This document shows positions 56,379 to 64,000 of a stretch of 64,000 bases of DNA, one piece after another (position 1 is the stretch's first letter; the number at the start of each line of letters is the position of its first letter). Origin of the DNA: Alphaproteobacteria bacterium (GTDB lineage: Bacteria; Pseudomonadota; Alphaproteobacteria; Bin95). The stretch spans positions 32,001 through 96,000 of the forward strand of contig CAXXWS020000001.1 in NCBI GenBank assembly GCA_963665325.3, in the 5' to 3' direction. Below the pieces are notes generated by a model, which worked only from the letters and a program-made list of their open reading frames with translations, was not told where the DNA came from and did no database searches. Made by a program: the position numbers and the translations under genes.

Positions 56379-57850
56379 GGCGCATCTCCCCGATCTTCGT
56401 CCTCGCCCGGACCGGGCGTCTTGTCATGGGGCAGCCAGGCCGGCGGCAGGCCGGTTGCGGCCTGGGCGTCGAGCATGCCCTTGAGCAGCGGCGGAAGTTC
56501 CCCCGTCCCCGCGCCGCCATTGCCATCGTTGCCGCCGGGGCCGGCGGGACGGCGCACGCCATCGGCGTTGCCGCGCTTGTCGAGGGGGTACAGCGTGCAC
56601 AGGCGCTCGCCGCCTCGACCGTCGATCAGATCGACGCTGGCGAGGTTCCAGCGCGCGTAACGGATCCAGGCCTCGCGCAGGTGGCGCCACGGCTGTGGCA
56701 CCTGGTAGCGGATGCCCTCGACCGAGACGGTGCCGTCCGAGCGCCTGAGCGTGCGCTTCCTGGTGATGCGGAAGGCCGCCTTGAGCTCGGCCGAGCCGGG
56801 GCAGGATCTCGACGCGTCGACGCTCCCGGCCAGGCGTTGATGCGGCGTCATGCCGAGCTCGCGGTGCTTGCGGCGGTGATAGTCCTGCTCCAGCCAGGCG
56901 ATGGTGGCGTCGTTGAGCATCTTCAAGGTAAGCGCGTCGACGCCTTCGAGCTGAGCCATCAGGCGCGATTCGACCGTGCCCCAGAACGACTCGATCTTGC
57001 CGTTCTGATGGGGGCTGTAAGCGAGCGTCGTGACCCCCGCGATGCCGAGCCGGTGCAACCCCTCCTCGACCTCGCCCGCGGTCATCGCCGCGCCGTTGTC
57101 GGTCAGCAGGGACCTCGGCAGACCGCGCTTCATGAAGGCCTGGCAAAGGCCGTGGACGAACACCTCGGCGGTCTCGGCGAGGTACCACTGAAGGTGGCAG
57201 CCGAGGCGCGAGTGGTCGTCGAGGAAGCCGAGCAGGATCGGCGTCTTCCACTCGCCCGAGGCGGTCAGCACGCGACGCTTGGCGCTGTGCATGTCGGCGT
57301 GCCACAGGGCGTGAGAGCGCGAGACCTCGTAGCTCAATACCTCGCGGGCTTCGACCGCCGGCCTGGCCTCGCTCTCATGCCACTTGCGCCGGCGCTTGCG
57401 TACCAGCCCGCGAGCCCGCATCGCCCGGGTCAGCGTCGCGTAGGACGGTATCGGGCCGAGCTCGGGATCGGCCTCGACCCGCGCGGCCAGATTCTCGTGA
57501 TGAAGCTGCGCCGACCACGACGGATGCGCCCGGTACTGCTCGTGCAGCGCCTCGATCAGCGTCGGCGACATCGCGCGCGGGCGCCCGGCATCGGCGCGCG
57601 GGCGCCGCTTGAGCGCCCCCACCGGATCGTTGTCCGCCGCCCGCGCCTGGTAGTACCAGCGCTCGATCGTGGACACCGCGAAGCGCACCCGGCCCTTGCC
57701 GGACGGGTGATCCCACTCGCGTTCGGCAAGCCGCTCAAGCTCGGCGTGCAGCCGCCCCGCCGGCGGCGGCGAGGCCAGAAGCGGCCCGACCACCGCGAAG
57801 CGCAACCGCGCCCACCGGTCGCGACGCTCGCTCCCGTCGTTGCTGTTCAT
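56375..57850 (-). CDS. DDE integrase/transposase (rve core, N-terminal HTH, Mu-like C-terminus)
   Basis: STIERW HTH, WHAD, DDHSR, TDNG, NGKIE, DGTVSVEG.RYQVP. Confidence 0.93.
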   Translation of the reverse strand: MNSNDGSERRDRWARLRFAVVGPLLASPPPAGRLHAELERLAEREWDHPSGKGRVRFAVSTIERWYYQARAADNDPVGALKRRPRADAGRPRAMSPTLIEALHEQYRAHPSWSAQLHHENLAARVEADPELGPIPSYATLTRAMRARGLVRKRRRKWHESEARPAVEAREVLSYEVSRSHALWHADMHSAKRRVLTASGEWKTPILLGFLDDHSRLGCHLQWYLAETAEVFVHGLCQAFMKRGLPRSLLTDNGAAMTAGEVEEGLHRLGIAGVTTLAYSPHQNGKIESFWGTVESRLMAQLEGVDALTLKMLNDATIAWLEQDYHRRKHRELGMTPHQRLAGSVDASRSCPGSAELKAAFRITRKRTLRRSDGTVSVEGIRYQVPQPWRHLREAWIRYARWNLASVDLIDGRGGERLCTLYPLDKRGNADGVRRPAGPGGNDGNGGAGTGELPPLLKGMLDAQAATGLPPAWLPHDKTPGPGEDEDRGDAP

Positions 57851-57898
57851 TCCGGCATCCCCCTCGCTGCTTCGTGGAGGTGCCGATGATGCGGTGCC

Positions 57899-58513
57899 CT
57901 ATCCGTGCATCATAGAAACGCTTTCTGCGGGCGAAGCCGGACCTGCGCCGAGCGCGCAAAAGCCGGTCCACGGCATCAGCCAGACCAGGCTCCGCAGCAG
58001 CCGCGAGCGGAAGCCACGGCCCCGCATGATGCGCAGCAGCCGGCGCAGCGGCGCCTCTTCGGGCGGCGCCGCCAGCTCGCCCCGTCTCGCCTGCCACTCC
58101 CGGGTCAGCGGGAAGGCTTCCAGCCACCAGCGCCGCCAGCGCTTCAGCGTCGAGGCCGGAACCCCGCACCGCCGCGCGATCGTCTGCAACCGCGCGCCGC
58201 CGGCCACAGCCAGCGCACTCACCACAAGGAACAGCGCCCCGACGTAAAAGCGCCTGCCGAAGAAACGCACCGACGGCGGCTTCACGCGGCGTCGGCACAC
58301 CGAACAGCACAGGCTGAAGCGCCGAACGTCGTTCCGAAGATTCGCCGCCAGACCGTGCGGCTTGCGCGGGTAGCTCGCGCTGTGAAGCGCGCCGCCGCAG
58401 CGCGGGCAACCCGCCGCCCGGCACGCCTCCGCCTCGGCCGCGTCGACCTGCTTCAGAAAATCCCAAACCCGGGCGTTGGAGAGATTGGAGTGCCGGAACA
58501 GCTTGTGCGACAT
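57899..58513 (-). CDS. Zn-ribbon + HTH transposon accessory protein
   Basis: CPRCGG...CCSVCRRR, then HTH ARRCGVPASTLKRWRRWW; first gene inside the right end. Confidence 0.75.
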   Translation of the reverse strand: MSHKLFRHSNLSNARVWDFLKQVDAAEAEACRAAGCPRCGGALHSASYPRKPHGLAANLRNDVRRFSLCCSVCRRRVKPPSVRFFGRRFYVGALFLVVSALAVAGGARLQTIARRCGVPASTLKRWRRWWLEAFPLTREWQARRGELAAPPEEAPLRRLLRIMRGRGFRSRLLRSLVWLMPWTGFCALGAGPASPAESVSMMHG

Positions 58514-58660
58514 TGGGGCCGTCTCAGGTTGATGTCACTGTCACCGAGACAAGCCCTCCGGCGGCCTTCTTGCAAGATCGCCGGGGGGCACCCAATCCAA
58601 AACCTCGATTAATCCGAGCCGATCAGCCCCTGATCGCCGCTGAAAGCCTGCGCCCGCTCA

Positions 58661-61600
58661 ACTGGGACCTCACCTTCTCGGCGCCGAAGTCTGTGTCGAT
58701 CGAGGCGCTGGTGATGGGCGACCGGCGGGTGATCCGGGCGCATGACGAGGCAGTGCGCGCGACGCTCGACTGGGTGGAACGGGACCTGTTGCAGACGCGG
58801 GGGTGGGATGCGGTGACGCGGCGGCGCCCGCGGGTGAAGGCCGGCGGCATGGTCGCGGCCGGGTTCCGGCACCTGACCAGCCGCGACCGGGACCCGACGC
58901 TGCACACGCACTGCGTGCTGGCCAACATGACGCGCAATGCGGACGGCCAGTGGCGCAGCGTCGAGCCGACGGCCATCAAGTGGAACAAGAAGCTGATCGG
59001 GTCCTATTACCGCAACGAGCTGGCGCGGCGGCTGGAGGCGCTCGGCATGGCGGTCGCGCCGCGGCTGGTCGGACGCATCCCGGGCTTCGAGCTTGCGGGC
59101 TACTCGCGCGACTTCGTCGAGGCGTTCTCGGCCCGGCGGCTGGCGATCGAGGCCGACCTGAAGCGCAACAAGCTGCCATACACGGCGAAGAATGCGCAGG
59201 CGGCGGCGCTGCGCACCCGCAGGCGCAAGAGCGAGGAGAGCCTGGCGGACCTCGTGCCGGAATGGCGCGCGCGGGTCCGCGAGCTGGGCCTCGTGCGCGA
59301 GAAGGCGGCGCTGGCGCCGCCCCGGCCGCTGGACCCGCTGACGGGAGAGCGGACGGCGCGGCCATGCATGCCGGCGCTCGATGCGACGGCGAACGAGCTG
59401 AGGCGGCAGAGGCGCGCGCCGGCCCTGCCGAAGCTGCCGCGCGACGGGGCGGCGGTCCGGGCGGACAAGGCGTCCCTGCGGCTGGCGCGCTCGACGGCGC
59501 GGGCGGAACTCTCATATGGGCCGGCGCCAGGCCTGCTGGAAGTGGTGGCGCGCGCGGTGGCGCATGTCGAGGAACGGCGGGTGCACATCCCGGAGGCGGA
59601 GATAAGGGCCGTCGCGCTCGGCCATGCGCCGGGGCGCTACACGCTGGCAGAGGTCGATACCGCCATCGCACGCCTGGTGCGGAGCGGCGAGCTGGTCGAG
59701 ACCGAGAGCCGGGGCGCGGACCGGGCCTTCGTCACCGACCGCGCCGTGAAGACCGAGCGGCGCATGCTGGCGGCGATGCGCGCGGAGTGCGGCAGGGGAA
59801 CGGCGCAGGCGGAGGCGGTCGCGGTCGAGGCGCGGCTTCGGCAAAGCGGCCTCACAAGCGGCCAGCAGCAGGCGGTCCGCGCGATCCTGCTCTCCCGCGA
59901 CCGTATCGTCGGCGTGCAGGGCCATGCCGGCAGCGGCAAGACCACCATGCTGCGCACGGTTAAGGAGTTGCTGGACGGCAGGACGATCATGGGCCTTGCG
60001 CCCTCGGCGTCGGCGGCCAGGGTTCTGGCAAGGGAGGCGGACATCCCGTCCCGGACACTGCAATGGTTCCTCACCCGCCACGGGGACCTATCCGATCCCG
60101 CGCGGCTCGCCCGGGCGCGGGCCGAGTTCGGGCGCGCGGTGCTGGCGGTGGATGAGGCCTCGATGATCGACACGGTGCGCATGGAGGCGCTGCTCCGGAT
60201 CGCGCGCAATCTCGGCGTGGCCCGCATTGTCCTTGTCGGCGACACGGCGCAGCTGCGCGCCGTCGATGCGGGCCAGCCCTTCCGGGTGCTGCAGAAGGCC
60301 GGCATGGCGACGGCGGTCATGGACGAGGTGCTGCGCCAGAAGGACCCGGAACTGAAGACGGCGGCGGGCCGCGCCCGGGAAGGCGAGCCGGGGGCGGCGA
60401 TCCGGGAACTCGGCCCGCGTGTGCATGAACATTCCCGCGAGGAGCTCGGCCCGGATGCGGGCCGGCGCTGGCTGGCGCTATCGCCGGAGGAGCGCGCCGA
60501 CGCCCTCATCCTGGCGCCGACCCATGCGATCCGCCGGCAGGTGAACGAGACCGTGCGCGAGGGGCTGGAGGCGGAGGGGCTGCTGCACGGGCGCGCGCTG
60601 GCGATCGACCGCCTTGTGGACCGCCGCCTGACGCGCGCGCAGGCCTCCGACATACGCAGCTACGAGCCGGGCGACACGGTGGTCTTCCATCGTGATGTGT
60701 TCGGCTGCCGGGCGGGCGACGTCTGCATGGTGACGGGCAAGGATGAGGGGCATGTGGCGATGGCCGGTCCGGACGGCGGCGAGCGCCGGTTCCGGCCCTC
60801 GGGCAATGCGGCGGCATATCTCGGGCTCTACGACACCGAGCGGATCGAGGTCATGACGGGCGACCGTATCCGCTGGACCCGCAACCGCAAGGCGCCGCCC
60901 GCAAGGTTCGGCCACCCGCGCCAGCCGGACCTGGTAAACGGCGGCGAGGCGGAGATCGTGGAGATTGACCGCCAGCGGGTGCTGTTCCGCGACGATGCGG
61001 GGCGGACGTTCCCGCTCCGGCGCAAGGACCCCCAGCTTCGCCACCTGGACCACGCGTATTGCTCCACCGTGCATGGCGCGCAGGGCCGCACCGCGCGCGC
61101 CGTCATCGCGGTGCTGGACGCGCATGGCGCCGTCGACCAGGCGATGTTCCATGTCGAGGTCAGCCGGGCCTCGGAGTCGTTCCAGCTGCTGACCGACGAC
61201 CGCGAGGCGCTGGTGGAGATGCTGGAGGCGCGCCCCGACCGCGAGGACGGCGCGCTGGAGGCGCTGGGCCTCGACCCGGCCGCGCTTCCCGTCGTCGAGC
61301 CGGAACTGTTCGAGGCGCTGGCGGCGGACTGGCGCACCCTGCAACGGCAGGGCGAGGAGACGGATACGCCGCCGTTCCTGCTTCCGGGCGCAGACGAGGT
61401 CATGGCGCGCGCGGTCGCGCTCTCCCTCGTCGAGGACCTGCCGGCGGACATGCGGGTATTCCTCGACGGCATGCTGAATGAACACGAACGGCATATCGCG
61501 CATGAGCAGGAGGTGCGGGGCCTGGCCGACCGCCTCCGCGCGCACTGGCGGCGCTGGCCGGAACTCGGCTGGATCGCCTCGGCGCGGGGCTGCGCGCGGC

Positions 61601-63168
61601 AGGACCTGCCGGAACGTGCGGCGTGGCGCGAGGAAGGCGAGGCGCTGCTGGACGAGGCATGCGGCCTGGACGTGATACCGGACATTGCCGCCGGGCTTGA
61701 AGGCGAGATGGCGGCGGTGGAGCGCATGCGGCTGCGTGACGATGCCGAACGATTCCGGCGCGACCGGACGGCGCTCGGCGCGGGCGCCGTCCGCGAGGGC
61801 GTGCCGGAGCTGCATATGGAGGGCTGCGCCGAACTTGCCGCACTGGCCGGACGGCTCGCGCAAGCCGAGGGCCTCGACCCGGCCGACCGGCGCCTGGTGG
61901 ACGAGTGGCTGACGGTCCATGACAGGCAGACGGCGCTTGCCGGTGCGGTCCGCTCGCTGCCGAGCCGGGCGGAGGCATGGCGGGCGCGCAGGGAGACGGA
62001 CCTGCCGCTTGACAGGCATGGCGGGGCCGACCCGGTCGATCCCGCCTGCCGCGCCTGGCGCGAGGAGGGCGAGGCGCTCCGGGAAGAGGCCGCCGGCATG
62101 TTGGAGGGGACAAGCCCGCACGGTCCTCACATGGGCGCCGTGCCGGGAGCACGGGAGGCGGTCGCCGCGGCGCTGGCGGAGATCGACGCCGCGGTCTTCG
62201 AGGACCGCTTTCAGCGGTTCGCCTGGCTGACGCGGCATATCACCGGCCAGGCGAAGGAGGCAGGAACCGTATGGTACTATGCGCCCCGCTACCCGGAGAC
62301 GGTCGCCCATGTCCGTTCGCTCTTCGGGGAAGAAAGCCTCGATGAAGACCGGAGGCGGGCCGTCGGAGACTGGCTCCGGTATGACGACCGGTGCGAACGG
62401 CTCCGCCGGGAGATCCGGGACTGGCCGGCGCGCGCCGATGCGCTCCTCGGCGAGCGGCCCGGGCCGGGGAAGGACCTGGGGCCGATGCGGCGCTGGCGCG
62501 CCAGGGCGGAGCCGATGCTGACCGAGGGCCGCGCGATGCAGGCGAAGGAAAGCCCGCATGCGCCCCACCTTGCCGCCATGCCGGACGAATGCAGGGCGCT
62601 GGCCGAAACGGCCGGCCGGCTCGAAAACGCACTGGCCGAAATCGAGACGGCGGAGGTCGACCGCCTTCTGAAGATTGCCGGACTGGCCTCCGAACGGACC
62701 GGCGGCATCGCGTCCGACACGGCCGAACATGCCGATCCGACGCGACACGAGCGCCTGGCAAGGGACCGGGCCCGCGTCGAGGCGTTCCTCGATCTGGCGC
62801 GCAAGCAGCTGGACGAGCGCGACCGCATGGACGGCCTTCCTCGCGAGGTCCGGGCGATGGCGGGGCTGCCGCTCACGCCGGAGGCATGGAAGCAGGACGC
62901 CGATGCGGTGCTTGCCGAGGCAAACGCGCTCGGGCGGGACATCCCGGCGGGGGAACTCAAGGCCCATCTCGCCGCCGCCGGCGCCGGGCCCGATGCGATC
63001 GATGAGAATGCCGCGAAAATTGCCGAACGGCTGCGCGAGGACGAGGAAGCCCGTGCCGCCGAGCGGCAACGGCAGGCGGAGCAACAGGCGCAGGCCCGGG
63101 AGGCCGAACGCCTGAAGCTCGAAGAGGAACGGGAACAGAGCGAGGGCGGCGGGATGTCGATGTCGTAG
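58661..63168 (+). pseudogene. MOBF relaxase-helicase, C-terminal ~1500 aa (lacks the catalytic Tyr segment)
   Basis: DLTFSAPKSVS, AHDEAV, HUH motif HLTSRDRDPTLHTH, GFEL, FSAR; RecD-like helicase GHAGSGKTT, VDEASM, GDTAQL, HAYCSTVHGAQGRT; long helical tail ending EGGGMSMS. Confidence 0.9.
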
Positions 63169-63290
63169 AGCGCGAGCGCGCGTCCGGCGCGCGGCACACA
63201 GTCGCCAACCCCGTCAACGCCTCAAGAACCCGAACCGGCAAGCCCGATAGACCGATGGACGACGACAGCGCAGGCTGCGACACTGGCATG

Positions 63291-63545
63291 GGACGAAAGC
63301 GGTCTCTACGGTGCCACCGTGGCGGCCAAGGTCCACCGCGAACCGAGACGGGCAGGAGGCGTTCGCCCGCCGCGCGAATTCGTGCTGATGGACCGCGCCG
63401 CCGTCGGCCTCGGCTCCGTCTTCATGCGGCTGCGTGCCGAAATCAACTGGCATCGCCTCTTCCATGGCCTGATCGACGGTTTCGAGATCGAGGCGCTCGC
63501 CGCGCGGCAACGATCCGCGCTTGAGGCCGCTGGTCTGCGCCAGGT
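63291..63545 (+). pseudogene. C-terminal fragment of an ABC1/UbiB (AarF) kinase-like gene
   Basis: GLYGATVAAKVHRE...PPREFVLMDRAAVGLGSVFMRLRAEINWHRLF...LAARQ..AL..AGL resembles the C-terminus of alphaproteobacterial ABC1 kinases; no kinase core upstream. Confidence 0.6.
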
Positions 63546-63763
63546 TACGCTGGGCCCAGGGTTGTCCCCGACGACGCCGACCGGTGCGGCATTATTGCTT
63601 GCCGCCCGGCTGCTATCCGGTGCACGGTTATATTCGATTCGTCGATTCAACGGCGTTGTCGCGCTCCCGAAACACGGGGACGGAGCGCGTCTGTTGCGCC
63701 TGCCGATGAACAGGCAGGACTTCAAGGAGGCCCCCTCGCGGCAGCGGATAAGGAGACGACGTC

Positions 63764-64000
63764 ATGGCAGGGAACCGACCTGAGACCCTCGTGGCGGAAA
63801 GGGGGCTGATGAAGGGCCTTCACTCCGGCATGGGATTCGCGGCGAAAGGCATGGTGGCCGCTTTTGTCGTGTTCACCGTGCTGAATGTCGAGTTCGCCAA
63901 CGGCATCTACTCGGCGGTCCGGGACTGGATCCAAGTGTCCCTGGCTTGGTACTACATTCTCATCGTCGTCTTCCTGGTGTTCGTCTGCCTCTACCTGCTG
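63764..64000 (+). CDS. BCCT-family (betaine/carnitine/choline) transporter, runs off the right edge (partial)
   Basis: AGGAG RBS; MAGNRPETLVAERGLMKGLHSGMGFAAKGMVAAFVVFTVLNVEFANGIYSAVRDWIQVSLAWYYILIV resembles a BCCT N-terminus. Confidence 0.7.
   Translation, partial: MAGNRPETLVAERGLMKGLHSGMGFAAKGMVAAFVVFTVLNVEFANGIYSAVRDWIQVSLAWYYILIVVFLVFVCLYLL

Larger units (their letters stand above)
54277..58660 (-). mobile_element. 4384-bp TG...CA transposon (Mu/IS21/Tn552-like DDE + ATPase) with four genes
   Basis: Ends TGAG...CTCA; flanks GCTGG / ACTGG (5-bp TSD with one mismatch, or 4-bp CTGG); removal restores the relaxase reading RPGW-DLTFSAPKSVS. Confidence 0.9.
51108..63290. mobile_element. Integrated mobilizable element / plasmid remnant (RHH genes, oriT-like region, MOBF relaxase); boundaries approximate
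   Basis: Mobilization gene content, AT-rich patches, and 5'-truncated host genes on both flanks. Confidence 0.55.

Noticed and set aside
54550-56562. 670-aa ORF suggesting a long helicase fusion
   Set aside because: The first half overlaps the ExeA ATPase in another frame and is low complexity; the real gene starts at GTG 55548.
58513-58660. N-terminus of the 1551-aa ORF as the native relaxase start
   Set aside because: These codons are the transposon right end; the true N-terminus with the catalytic Tyr is at 54022.
1-64000. CRISPR array, Cas or TniQ genes (CAST), tRNA, rRNA
   Set aside because: No repeat-spacer array, Cas/TniQ motifs or structural RNA genes recognised; the transposon has no evident guide-RNA component.

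Overview
High-GC, probably alphaproteobacterial DNA (inferred from gene families) in three blocks. (1) About 1.2-34.3 kb is a methylated-amine catabolism island: GntR regulator, gmaS-mgsABC, two conserved-looking unknown genes, an FAD oxidoreductase, an atypical Amt with a small membrane protein, two GlxA/AraC regulators, soxBDAG-like (mgd-like) genes, tdm, tmoVW/tmoX, a MIO-less HAL-family lyase, tmm and a Liv-type ABC importer. A 10-bp-phased (A)ATTGGT motif recurs in its divergent promoters, and a structured 272-bp MITE sits at the tdm stop. (2) About 34.5-50.4 kb is a mixed catabolic block: two GSTs, GGT, a ThDP enzyme, an NtaA/DmoA-type monooxygenase, TauD, hydrolases, a mandelate racemase-like enzyme, DUF1989, an FAH-family protein, a methyltransferase and an M19 dipeptidase. 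(3) About 51.1-63.3 kb is a mobilizable-element remnant between two 5'-truncated host genes. It has three tandem RHH genes, an AT-rich oriT-like gap and a MOBF relaxase-helicase. The relaxase is split by a 4.38-kb TG...CA transposon encoding a Zn-ribbon/HTH protein, a DDE transposase, an ExeA-like ATPase and, unusually, a coupled RepA/AAA_25-type helicase followed by iteron-like GTTACC repeats. No rRNA, tRNA or CRISPR array was seen. All assignments come from motif recognition by eye; no searches were run.
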